Translations under genes and position numbers: made by a program
DNA from: a bacterium
GTDB taxonomy: Bacteria > Bacillota_I > Bacilli_A > RFN20 > CAG-826
Direction of reading: 5' to 3'
Length of the DNA stretch: 64,000 nucleotides
NCBI GenBank assembly: GCA_963617535.1
Contig: CAVEPD010000002.1
Span: 23,917 to 87,916, forward strand
Shown: positions 1-9,310 of the stretch, in pieces
Layout of the letters: each line of letters opens with the position of its first letter
Numbering within the stretch: position 1 is the stretch's first letter
The notes under the pieces: model-generated
What the model was told of the DNA's origin: nothing
Seen by the model: only the letters and a program-made list of their open reading frames with translations
The model's database searches: none

Positions 1-2165
1 TCATTTGCACGGTAAGCGACCTCGCGGATGATCTTTGGAACTACACCCAAAACCGCAACCTGAGATACACGAATTACTTCTCTGTCATTGTGGGCGATGA
101 TGGACGTATCTCTTCTTTCTCCGCTTATGAGAAAGATTCCTCTACTTTTGCTGAGGTTTACGCGGTTGACATCACAAGATTCGACCGTAACGCCTTCACT
201 CCTTATGCCCGTTGGGTTGAGGCGGGCTCTAAGGTGAACACCCGCATCTATGACCTCAAGACCGGATATTCCACTGTTTCCTCCTATAAGCTCAATTACA
301 GCGGCGAGGCCGTTGAGATAAGCGGCGTTGTCTCTGGCTTTGACTACGATGGCGCTTTCTACATCGCTAACGATGATGATAGATGCGGCAGCTGCGGCAT
401 TCGCGTGGTCTTGGAAGATAGCTCCTCTTTGCCTTCCCTTAATGACGTCGTAACCGTGAAAGGCTATATCGATTCGAAGAATTACGTTGCCTATATTGAC
501 GACGCGACGTTTAGCAAGACAGGCGTTGCCACTTACTACCCATATTTCGAAGAAGAGTCGATCGCTGATTATTATGGCGGCGGCTATTACGGGGCTTACG
601 CTTTTGCTAACAACCCCACTTATGGCGGATCGATTTATAGCACTTACGCTTACATCTCCAGCCTTCCGGAAATCCTGGAAGAAGGGAAGAAAGCTACGAT
701 TGGCCTGGTCTGTCCTTCTTATCAAGTTACAGACGGCACCCTTTTCTCCATGCAATTCATTTTGCCTGCCAAGATGCCGCTTTCAGAAAAGGAATCCATC
801 CTTTCGAGCCTAGAGGAATTCGGAATTTACTCCGCGGAGAATAACACCGCCACTGAGGTCTCCATTGAGAAAGTCATCTTCCAATTTGACACGAACGTTG
901 ATTTCTGCGTGACCCTTGAATACGGAAAGAACAGCCGCGTTGGCAAAGCGCTTAGCCCTTCTGAGAAAGTGGAAGACAAGACGGGTCTAAAGGATTTCCC
1001 CTTCCCCTCCGCCTCCCAGTTTAGCTGCTTCCGTTTCGGCGGGGCCAGCGGGATGTTCCTCGAATCCACCTATGGAAGAAGCGAAAGAGAACAACAGGGC
1101 GTTTACTATTATGCTTCTTTGACTTCCAACGAACTTTCCAAAGAGATCAGCGACTTGGAGGCTTATGGCTTTGCTTTGTATGACATCATCAAAGACGATA
1201 ATTCCAAGAAACATTCCATTTACAAGATGAACGACGTTTATGTTGATTTCCGTTCGACCAAGAGCAGTTTCGGCGGCGACTGCTCCGTGGAAATCTGGAT
1301 CTATAAGGGCGAGCTCATCTACAAGGACACAATCAGCGAGATTCTCGCGGAGAAAATCTCCTATTTTGATTCCGATGACTTCATCATCCCCGAAGGATCT
1401 TACCAAGCCGATTTTACTTACTATGACCTTCCTAGCGCAGACGGCCAGAAATTTGAGCATGGTTCTTACATCCCCTGCGTGACTCTTGACGTGGACGAAG
1501 ATATTTTCCAGAGCTTGAGAAAACGTTATCTGAGCGAGAAAGGCTATTCCCTCTATCGCAATTCCGACAACTCGGTCTATACCTACAGGACTCGCGGCTC
1601 CACTCATTACGTGCTTTATAAGAGCATCGAAGGCAGCGATGAGAAAGTGTTCCTCGATATGGTTATGTACCCCACGAACGACTACACCTTCTTGAATCAC
1701 GGGGACTTTGCCTATCGTATTGAGATCATGATTTATAAGGGAACCGCCCCGATGAGTACCCTTTACCAAGACAATCTTGATGAGTACTTCACCATCTTCA
1801 ATGACCGCAACAAGGTGACGAACGGCCTCCCAAATTTCTCCTTGCCCGAAGGAACTAAAGTTGAGATGGTCTACGCTTTGCCTTTAGATACCATGGAGCA
1901 ATTCGAATACACCTACTATGGCTACTTCAGTGATTTGAACGCGTTCGTCTACCCTTCTTCTAATTCCACTTTAGACGCGACCTATACGGCGATTACCGAC
2001 GGCCTTAAAAAGGCGGGATATACGCTTTATAGCACCTCCGAGAAAGGCAACGAAGTCTACCTCTTGGATCAAACGGATGACTATGGAGCCTACATCTTGT
2101 TGATGAAAGACACCTCTAGAAAATTCATCCGTCTTCTTGAGGGCATCGGCGGGGTTGATTTCTAA
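1..2165 (+). CDS. Large hypothetical protein, 5'-truncated at the window edge; rich in Tyr/Gly/Ser/Asp, likely surface or secreted
   Basis: Frame 3 is open from nt 3 through the track's GTG at 90 to TAA at 2163-2165 with no upstream in-frame stop, so the gene begins before the window. No signal peptide is visible inside the window. No recognisable catalytic motif; composition resembles extracellular beta-rich proteins. Confidence 0.5.
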   Translation, partial: ICTVSDLADDLWNYTQNRNLRYTNYFSVIVGDDGRISSFSAYEKDSSTFAEVYAVDITRFDRNAFTPYARWVEAGSKVNTRIYDLKTGYSTVSSYKLNYSGEAVEISGVVSGFDYDGAFYIANDDDRCGSCGIRVVLEDSSSLPSLNDVVTVKGYIDSKNYVAYIDDATFSKTGVATYYPYFEEESIADYYGGGYYGAYAFANNPTYGGSIYSTYAYISSLPEILEEGKKATIGLVCPSYQVTDGTLFSMQFILPAKMPLSEKESILSSLEEFGIYSAENNTATEVSIEKVIFQFDTNVDFCVTLEYGKNSRVGKALSPSEKVEDKTGLKDFPFPSASQFSCFRFGGASGMFLESTYGRSEREQQGVYYYASLTSNELSKEISDLEAYGFALYDIIKDDNSKKHSIYKMNDVYVDFRSTKSSFGGDCSVEIWIYKGELIYKDTISEILAEKISYFDSDDFIIPEGSYQADFTYYDLPSADGQKFEHGSYIPCVTLDVDEDIFQSLRKRYLSEKGYSLYRNSDNSVYTYRTRGSTHYVLYKSIEGSDEKVFLDMVMYPTNDYTFLNHGDFAYRIEIMIYKGTAPMSTLYQDNLDEYFTIFNDRNKVTNGLPNFSLPEGTKVEMVYALPLDTMEQFEYTYYGYFSDLNAFVYPSSNSTLDATYTAITDGLKKAGYTLYSTSEKGNEVYLLDQTDDYGAYILLMKDTSRKFIRLLEGIGGVDF

Positions 2166-2189
2166 GCCTTTCTATCCAACTCTCCTCAA

Positions 2190-5100
2190 TTGGCGGATAA
2201 TTCCCTTGTGAAGCCAAAGAAAGAGCAAAAAACAAGCACTCAGCGAGTCATTTCTCTTTCCATCAAAGAAGGGAAATGGCTCTCGATTGTCTATGACTCC
2301 CATAAGGAGAAGAGAGACACTTCTTTTTGGTGTTATGTCCAAGACATCGATCCGAAAAGCAAAACCCTTTTCTGCGATATGTATAACGATTTCAAGGGGA
2401 CGGATACCCTTGAAAACATCTCTTTACGGTTTGATCGAATCAAGTCAGCGATTCTTTTGAATTTCACTACAGGTGGAATAAACAAGGAGCTAATCCACAA
2501 AATCAACGCAGATCTCCCTTCTTTTGCCTGGCTTGAGTATGAAAACTTCGACAATAACATCCTTCGTTATTTGGAACTTTGCTGCCAAATGGACGCGGAT
2601 CCTTGCATAAAAGACACCGCTTTGGTGGATGGAATTGACTCCGATGTCTTGAAAGAAAAAGGCATGTGCAAACTCGACGATTCCCAAATGAAACAAATGG
2701 GCAAATGCGTTAGGCAGAATGAGATTGAGGAATGGAACTCCCGTTATAACGAACTGGCCTTGTCCCGCCTCTCCATCGATATCCAAAACAAGAAATACAT
2801 CGTCGCTTATGAGCCCCTGGCTTTCTCTCCGAAAGACAAATCCATCAAAAAAGTGGGAGGCATACGCCTAAACCCTTCTTTCCTAATCGAAGGGAAGAAG
2901 CATTCGTTATCTACTTACACCGAGATGTCGGCCTCGGAGTTCCTGGATTTGCTGAATGAGAAGTTCATCGAGGCTTCTGAAATCATCCGCGAATCTCTTC
3001 GGAAAAATGAGATAATCGATACACGTCCTAACTTCTTTTGTCTTTCAAAGGAATATCAGATTGATTTTGCGACCTTGTTTGAGAAGATTGAACAAAAATG
3101 GGCAAAGGGAGAACTCGAAGCTCCTTTGAGAGCGTTCTTCGGAAACACTTCTTATGCGGATAACGGCAAGAGAAAGCCCGGGATTGTTTTGTTCGATACG
3201 CACGTGAACGCCGATCAGGCTTTCGCCATCTATAGCGCTCTCAAAAACAAAGTCACCTACGTCCAAGGCCCGCCGGGAACAGGGAAGACCTGCACGATCT
3301 TCAACGTCATTCTCTCTTGTTTCTTTGATGGCAAAACCGTCTTGGTCTCCACCAATAACAACAGGCCATTAGACGGCATCGCCGCGAAGCTTCACTTCGT
3401 AGAGGAAGGAGAAGAAATCCCCTTCCCTTATCTTCGCCTTGGGAACAGGCAGGTGAACCAGACTGCTTTAGACACCTTGAAACGATATTTCGCCTCATCT
3501 TTCAAACCATCTTTAACTCTCAGCGAGTTAGACGAACTGAGAAAGAGAGTCCTTGGGAAGAACAAGCAAGCCGTTGATAACCTCACTTCCTTCATGCAAC
3601 GGAAATCCCTTTTGGATAACTTGTCTTTCCTAGACAAGGTATCCTCACTCGATGCCAAAAAGAAAATCATCGCCAAAGAAAGGGGCGTCATCGAGGGGAA
3701 ACTAGCAAAGCTTCCGGAAATCGAGGAGAAAGAAATTATCTCTAGCTTCGTATCCCTTAGTAACGACAAAGAAGCTCTCACTTATTTGAAGGAGTCCTCC
3801 ATCCGTTGTTTGTCACGTCTTTCCTCCCCGGATTTCGATGAGCTGCGTTCAATCGTGTTCAAAGAGAGCCCGGATAGGCGTCTTACGATGTTTAATTCCT
3901 TCCTAAGGAACGACAAGAACGTCGCGCTTCTCACCACCGCTTTCCCCGTTCTTTTCACGACGAATATCTCAAGTGAGAAGCTCGGCACCGCGGATTTCCT
4001 TTTTGATTTGGTGATTATGGACGAAGCGGGTCAAGCGGATGTGGCAAAGTCTCTTTTGCCAATCTCTCGCGGCAAATCCCTTCTTCTTGTCGGTGACGAG
4101 GATCAGCTACTTCCAGTGATAGATGTCGATCCGTCTGTGAACGAGTCAATCCGCAAAGAGTATGAAGTAGCCGAGACCTATGACTACATCAGCAATTCGA
4201 TATTATCGACGATGAAGGCTGCCGATAAAGTCAGCAACCGCGTTTTGCTTCGCTCGCATTACCGCTGTGGCAAGAAAATTATTGGATTCAGCAACAGCTA
4301 TTTCTATGGCAAGCAGCTGCGCATCAGCCCTGCCCTTGCAGAAGGTGAGATCGCTTTTTGCCCTTCTTACAACAAGGTGAAAGCTCCATTGCGAAACCAG
4401 AATTTCCAGGAGGCCGCAAACGTCGTCTCTTACGTAGAAAAGTACGGCGAAAAGGACTTGGCCATCATCACCCCGTTCGTGAACCAGGCTTGCCTAATCA
4501 ACTCTTTGCTCGCGAAAAAAGGAATCGAAGGCGTGAAGGCTGCGACCATTCATTCCGTCCAAGGAGACGAGAAGGGAACCGTTCTCATTTCAGCAGGCAT
4601 CTCTTCTTCTTCCTCGAAAAGGACCGTCGAATGGCTCAATAGCCATGGGGAAATCGCCAATGTAGCGACGTCTCGTGCGAAAAAGAAACTTGTGGTGTTC
4701 GGCGACCAGGCCTCTTTGAAAAAGATGAGCACGGGTGATAGCGTCTGGAATTCTCTTTTCGAATACTGCGGGGCCAAAGGGCAGGTCGAGGTGATCCCTC
4801 CTAGCTATGAAAACGCGGAGATAGGTAAAAGCAACGGCAGTCTGACGGAAGACGAATTCTATAAAACAATTGCTCATATCGTCTCGGTTAGAGGCAATAT
4901 CTCCGTGGTCAGGAACGTGCCAATAAAAGACGTGCTAGGAGAGGAATATAGCGGGGATTTGCGGGAATTTGATTCCGTTATCTACGCAAAAGCCCTGTTT
5001 TCTCCCAAGAAGCCAATCTTCGCTTTCGAGTTCGATGGAGGCGAGCATTACAAGGATGTGAACCGCATCAAGAGCGATAAAAAGAAGGCGAAAGACTGTA

Positions 5101-5225
5101 AAGAGAAAGGCCTTCGCTTGATCCGAATCCCCAATTCTTACTGCAAGGATTACGAATTCCTGAAGGCTCTGATTGAAGATTACTCCAAGGATGTTAGCGA
5201 AGGCGAACAGCTAACGCTGTTTTGA
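2190..5225 (+). CDS. WYL-like N-terminus + Upf1-like SF1B helicase + C-terminal DUF559/Vsr-like PD-(D/E)xK endonuclease; candidate defence helicase-nuclease
   Basis: Walker A VQGPPGTGKT; motif II DLVIMDEAGQ; GDEDQLLPV (motif III-like); HYRC (IV); SVQGDEKGTV (V); NVATSRAKKKL (VI). This is the Upf1/AAA_11-AAA_12 pattern. The C-terminus FAFEFDGGEHY...GLRLIRI fits the DUF559 endonuclease signature. The N-terminal region carries FWCYVQDID and LRFDRIKS, resembling a WYL domain (FRxDRI). Start is TTG at 2190 with no obvious RBS. Confidence 0.75.
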   Translation: MADNSLVKPKKEQKTSTQRVISLSIKEGKWLSIVYDSHKEKRDTSFWCYVQDIDPKSKTLFCDMYNDFKGTDTLENISLRFDRIKSAILLNFTTGGINKELIHKINADLPSFAWLEYENFDNNILRYLELCCQMDADPCIKDTALVDGIDSDVLKEKGMCKLDDSQMKQMGKCVRQNEIEEWNSRYNELALSRLSIDIQNKKYIVAYEPLAFSPKDKSIKKVGGIRLNPSFLIEGKKHSLSTYTEMSASEFLDLLNEKFIEASEIIRESLRKNEIIDTRPNFFCLSKEYQIDFATLFEKIEQKWAKGELEAPLRAFFGNTSYADNGKRKPGIVLFDTHVNADQAFAIYSALKNKVTYVQGPPGTGKTCTIFNVILSCFFDGKTVLVSTNNNRPLDGIAAKLHFVEEGEEIPFPYLRLGNRQVNQTALDTLKRYFASSFKPSLTLSELDELRKRVLGKNKQAVDNLTSFMQRKSLLDNLSFLDKVSSLDAKKKIIAKERGVIEGKLAKLPEIEEKEIISSFVSLSNDKEALTYLKESSIRCLSRLSSPDFDELRSIVFKESPDRRLTMFNSFLRNDKNVALLTTAFPVLFTTNISSEKLGTADFLFDLVIMDEAGQADVAKSLLPISRGKSLLLVGDEDQLLPVIDVDPSVNESIRKEYEVAETYDYISNSILSTMKAADKVSNRVLLRSHYRCGKKIIGFSNSYFYGKQLRISPALAEGEIAFCPSYNKVKAPLRNQNFQEAANVVSYVEKYGEKDLAIITPFVNQACLINSLLAKKGIEGVKAATIHSVQGDEKGTVLISAGISSSSSKRTVEWLNSHGEIANVATSRAKKKLVVFGDQASLKKMSTGDSVWNSLFEYCGAKGQVEVIPPSYENAEIGKSNGSLTEDEFYKTIAHIVSVRGNISVVRNVPIKDVLGEEYSGDLREFDSVIYAKALFSPKKPIFAFEFDGGEHYKDVNRIKSDKKKAKDCKEKGLRLIRIPNSYCKDYEFLKALIEDYSKDVSEGEQLTLF

Positions 5226-5273
5226 CTTTGTTTTCCTTGTTTCCTCCGTCTATAAGTCTATACTTGCCCTTGA

Positions 5274-6443
5274 ATGATTGAACTTTACACGTCGGTTCTA
5301 ATCGTTGAGTGTCTCGCTCTCGCGATTCTAGGTGTCATGGTCTGGCACAACCAACAGCTATCAAGAAACGAGAAATTTAGGTTCACCTTGACCTATATTG
5401 TTCTTTCGTTGTCCGCTATTTTCGAATGGCTTGCCATTTATCTCAACGGTGATGATGGCTCCCTTCGCTGGCTCCATGTCGCGGCGAAATGCTTGGACTA
5501 TTCTCTTACCCCCGCCGTTGCTTTCTTCTTTGTCCGCCAGGTTGCTCAGCTTAAGAAAATCGAACCATTTTTCTTGATCCTGCTTGGTTTGAACTTCATC
5601 CTTCAGGTTATTTCTTGCTTCACCCATTGGACCTTCTACATCGATGATGCCGGCGTATATCAGCATGGCTTCTTGCACCCCGTCTACATTGCCGTTTACG
5701 TGCTTGCGATTTGCTACGTCGTTTTGGGATTCATCGTTTACGCCAAACGTTTCCCTCGCCAAAACCTTATCCCCTTTATTTTTCTTGTCATACTTGCTGT
5801 TGGAGCCATCCTTGTCCAAGAGTTCTTCGGCGATAAGCTAAGTGGCAAGATCCGCATCGGGACTCTTTCCCTCGTTTTCTCAACCATCTTGCTTTACATC
5901 CATTATGTCAGCTTTGCCCAACAGCAAAAGGATCTCGACTTAGCCGGAAAGGATAAACTGCTCCGTTCCGATTCTTTGTCTGGCTGCCTCTCTCGTTACG
6001 CCTATAACCAAGCCTACACCGCGCTGAAGTCAAAGCCCCTTGCCCATGATTTCGCGGTTATGTACATCGACTTGAACGGCTTGAAACAGATCAATGACAA
6101 ATACGGCCATGAGGCTGGGGACGGGTACATCAAATATGCGAGTTCGATTTTGCTGAGCACATTGCACGGCAAAGGCGAATGCTTCCGCACGGGCGGAGAC
6201 GAATTCCTCGTCTTACTCCACTCCAGCGAAGAAGAAATCCAAGGCCTTTCCTCGCTTTGCCAAGCCAAAGCCGCGGAATGGAAGGGAATCAAGGGAGAGA
6301 CGATGTCCCTTGCCATTGGCTATGCCACCGTCGCAAATAGCAATGAGACGGACCTTGATAAGCTCATTGGCCTTGCCGATGCGAAGATGTACGAAGAAAA
6401 GAAACGGTATTACGAAGAACACAGCCTCAAAGTGAGACGTTAA
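5274..6443 (+). CDS. Membrane-anchored diguanylate cyclase (GGDEF domain)
   Basis: N-terminal half has about 6-7 hydrophobic segments. C-terminal half contains RTGGDEFLVLL (GGDEF motif) and the typical DKYGHEAGD region. Confidence 0.8.
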   Translation: MIELYTSVLIVECLALAILGVMVWHNQQLSRNEKFRFTLTYIVLSLSAIFEWLAIYLNGDDGSLRWLHVAAKCLDYSLTPAVAFFFVRQVAQLKKIEPFFLILLGLNFILQVISCFTHWTFYIDDAGVYQHGFLHPVYIAVYVLAICYVVLGFIVYAKRFPRQNLIPFIFLVILAVGAILVQEFFGDKLSGKIRIGTLSLVFSTILLYIHYVSFAQQQKDLDLAGKDKLLRSDSLSGCLSRYAYNQAYTALKSKPLAHDFAVMYIDLNGLKQINDKYGHEAGDGYIKYASSILLSTLHGKGECFRTGGDEFLVLLHSSEEEIQGLSSLCQAKAAEWKGIKGETMSLAIGYATVANSNETDLDKLIGLADAKMYEEKKRYYEEHSLKVRR

Positions 6444-7192
6444 TCCACTCGTTCGAAGAATTTATCCCAGTAATGCTTCTTACTTTGATTCTCTAGGCGT
6501 TCGAATCTTCCTTCGCTTTCAGCGCTTTCTCTAAAAGCGCCTTTCTCGCTTAATAGCTCTGGATGGTTTTCTAAATGTGGTAACGCGCCGAATTCGCGGA
6601 TGCGGAAACTGGCGTGTCCTGGAATCATTTCCTCTGTTTGAACGGTCGTGATCGACGACGTCGGCATGAAAAAGTTATGCCACATCAATGCAGGAGAAAC
6701 GCGGATCAGTCTGCTGAGCAAGAAACTGCCTAATCCTAAATGGCAAACAAACAGAATGCTTTGCTCATTTTTGCCTTTATTGGTTTTGAAACAGTTTCCT
6801 TCTCTTTCGTAGCCACGCTCCTTCAAGAAGTCATAAAAAGAATTTTCGACGTTACGGAAGATTTCTTTGTTTTCGGGGGAGACGTCCATTTCTGGGGCAT
6901 CCCACCACTTCTCGGTGTCATAGCATAGGGGGTTCTTGGTCCATGACTCTGGTTCCCTATCCCAAGCCCAAGGGGATTCCTGAAGCCAAGACAAAGTGAC
7001 GGCTTCTCTCTTTTCCTTATTTATATAGGGCTCCGCGGTCTTCTGGGCTCTGCCTAAGGGGGAGAGATAGATCTCATCGAAATGGCGTTTCGCTAATTCA
7101 CCCGCGAGCAGTTCGGCCTGCTTAAATCCCTTCTCGGTTAGGGAATCGTGTTCATAGTCGGGATCGCCGTGACGGACAATGGTGATTTTCAT
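6440..7192 (-). CDS. Histidine phosphatase family protein (phosphoglycerate mutase-like)
   Basis: N-terminal KITIVRHGDPDYE RHG catalytic motif; 250 aa. Confidence 0.7.
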   Translation of the reverse strand: MKITIVRHGDPDYEHDSLTEKGFKQAELLAGELAKRHFDEIYLSPLGRAQKTAEPYINKEKREAVTLSWLQESPWAWDREPESWTKNPLCYDTEKWWDAPEMDVSPENKEIFRNVENSFYDFLKERGYEREGNCFKTNKGKNEQSILFVCHLGLGSFLLSRLIRVSPALMWHNFFMPTSSITTVQTEEMIPGHASFRIREFGALPHLENHPELLSEKGAFRESAESEGRFERLENQSKKHYWDKFFERVD

Positions 7193-7317
7193 GGGAATAG
7201 GTTAGCAAAGTTTCCATAAGGAAGCGCAGGAAAGCGGTTTGTTTTGACGGATTAACAAAAAGATATGGCTTCTTTTCGCCTCGCGCCTAGAATGAGAGGG
7301 AATTTTAGGAGCAAAAC

Positions 7318-9216
7318 ATGAAAACAAGAATCCAAGATGACCTCTACCACGCGGTAAACGGGGAATGGCTTGAGAAAGCCGTGATCCCGGATGACCGCCC
7401 TACTTGTGGCGGTTTCTCTGATCTCAATGAGAACGTGGAGAAAACCCTGAGAGCGGACTTCGCCTCCTTTGCTAAAGGCGAGAAGGACATCCCTTCACCC
7501 GAGGTTGGCGAAGCCGTGAAGCTCTACAACCTCTATTTGGACGTCGAAAAGAGAAATAAGGAGGGTATTGCGCCGGTATTGCCGTCTTTGAAGATGATTC
7601 AGGACGTTAAATCCGTGGACGATTTAAGCGCAAAAGCCAAGGATTTCGAGCTTGCAGGCATTCCTCTCCCCTTCAATTCCGGGGTGACGGAGGACATGAA
7701 AGACGCTACCAAATATTGCTTTGTCTTGCTTGGGCCAAGCACCATCTTGCCAGACACTTCTTATTACGCGGAAGGCAACGAAGCTGGGAAACAACTCCTT
7801 GCTGTCTATTCTCAGATGGTCGCTTCTCTTCTGGCCATGACTTCCTTAAGCGAAGAAGAACAAAAGACATATCTTAGTGATTGCTTAGCCTTCGATGCCT
7901 TGGTGGCGAAGCAAGTGAAAAGCCAAGTCGAATGGGCGGATTACGTGAAGAACCATAATCCGATGGACCTGGAGAAAGTGGATGGCTACATGAAACCCTT
8001 CTCCTTCAAGACCTATCTTGCTTCCATCTTTGGGGACAAAATCCCCTCCATTATCGTGGTTTATGACCCAAAAGCCATCGAGAATTTCTCAGCTTATTTC
8101 AACGAGAAGAACCTTCCTTTGTATCTTCACTGGGCTTACTGCAAAACCTTGCTTGCCGGCGCTAAGTATTGCTCCGAGCAAACCCATGAGATCTCGACAA
8201 TCTATAACCGCACCTTGATGGGCGTTCCTAAGGATCCCGTCTTAGATAAGCAGGCCTATCAGCTTTGCTCTACTCTCTTCTCCGACCCCATTGGTATCTA
8301 CTATGGAAAGACCTACTTCGGGGAAGAGGCGAAGAAAGACGTCGTCTCCTTGGTGAAGAAAATCATCGAAACCTACAAAGGCAGGATGGCCAAGAACTCC
8401 TTCCTCAAAGAGGCCACGAAAGAAAAGGCGATTCTCAAGCTTTCGACCATCGAAATCAAAATGGGTTACCCCGACAAAGGCGATCCCTTCTACTCTACCT
8501 TAAAGGTCGATGAAGGCGATTCATTGTTGGATAACATTACCAAAATCGGCGCAAAAGCCGTCCAAAGAGACTGGAATAAGCTTTATTTGCCGGTCGACCG
8601 TAGCCGTTGGGGCATGCCTGGCCATATGGTCAATGCCTGTTATAACCCCTCCGCCAACGACATTACCTTCCCTGCGGCGATCCTCCAAAAGCCCTTCTAT
8701 GGCTTAGATCAAAGCGAGGAAGAAAATCTCGGTGGCATTGGCGCGGTCATTGGCCACGAAATCAGCCACGCCTTCGATAACAATGGCGCTTCTTTCGATG
8801 AGACTGGCAGCCTCAACAATTGGTGGTCGGAAGAAGATTACGCCGCCTTCAACGCCCTCACGAAGAAGATGATTGAGGAATTCGATGGTATCGATTTCTA
8901 TGGCGGCAAGGTGAATGGGACTCTCACCGTCAGCGAGAACATCGCTGATAATGGCGGCGTTGGAGTCACCCTTGAGATCATGAAATCCATCCCGAACGCG
9001 GATTATGCGAAATACTTCAAGAACTGGGCGAAAGTTTGGTGCATGAAGGGCAAGCCCCAATACATCCAATATCTTTTGGTTAATGATGTTCATGGGCCCG
9101 CGGAACTCCGCGCGAACATGCAACCTAGAAACTTCCCTGAATGGTACCTCACCTTCGACGTGAAGGAAGGAGATGGCATGTATCTATCTCCTGAGAAACG
9201 CGTCTCCATTTGGTAA
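7318..9216 (+). CDS. pepO: M13 family zinc metalloendopeptidase (PepO-like)
   Basis: HEISHAFD (HExxH) and ENIADNGG (M13 signature ENxADxGG); 632 aa, cytoplasmic PepO-like; AGGAG RBS. Confidence 0.85.
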   Translation: MKTRIQDDLYHAVNGEWLEKAVIPDDRPTCGGFSDLNENVEKTLRADFASFAKGEKDIPSPEVGEAVKLYNLYLDVEKRNKEGIAPVLPSLKMIQDVKSVDDLSAKAKDFELAGIPLPFNSGVTEDMKDATKYCFVLLGPSTILPDTSYYAEGNEAGKQLLAVYSQMVASLLAMTSLSEEEQKTYLSDCLAFDALVAKQVKSQVEWADYVKNHNPMDLEKVDGYMKPFSFKTYLASIFGDKIPSIIVVYDPKAIENFSAYFNEKNLPLYLHWAYCKTLLAGAKYCSEQTHEISTIYNRTLMGVPKDPVLDKQAYQLCSTLFSDPIGIYYGKTYFGEEAKKDVVSLVKKIIETYKGRMAKNSFLKEATKEKAILKLSTIEIKMGYPDKGDPFYSTLKVDEGDSLLDNITKIGAKAVQRDWNKLYLPVDRSRWGMPGHMVNACYNPSANDITFPAAILQKPFYGLDQSEEENLGGIGAVIGHEISHAFDNNGASFDETGSLNNWWSEEDYAAFNALTKKMIEEFDGIDFYGGKVNGTLTVSENIADNGGVGVTLEIMKSIPNADYAKYFKNWAKVWCMKGKPQYIQYLLVNDVHGPAELRANMQPRNFPEWYLTFDVKEGDGMYLSPEKRVSIW

Positions 9217-9231
9217 GCATCTAGACTTGGC

Positions 9232-9262
9232 CTTAGCCCTCGCTTAACCCGAGGGCTTTTTT
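9232..9262 (+). terminator. Rho-independent terminator after pepO
   Basis: Hairpin AGCCCTCG-cttaac-CCGAGGGCT followed by TTTTTTCT. Confidence 0.5.
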
Positions 9263-9310
9263 CTGCTTGTCAAGGCGTCTAATATTTGTCCATCAGCAAG
9301 GAATGGAAAT

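Noticed and set aside
987-1769. 260-aa minus-strand ORF and several 60-110-aa ORFs inside ORF1 and the helicase gene
   Set aside because: Antisense or off-frame shadows of long, motif-supported plus-strand genes; no RBS or motifs.
7193-7317. Candidate sigma-A promoter for pepO (TTGACG ... TAGAAT)
   Set aside because: The two hexamers are about 38 nt apart, which is too far for a canonical promoter, so it is left unannotated.
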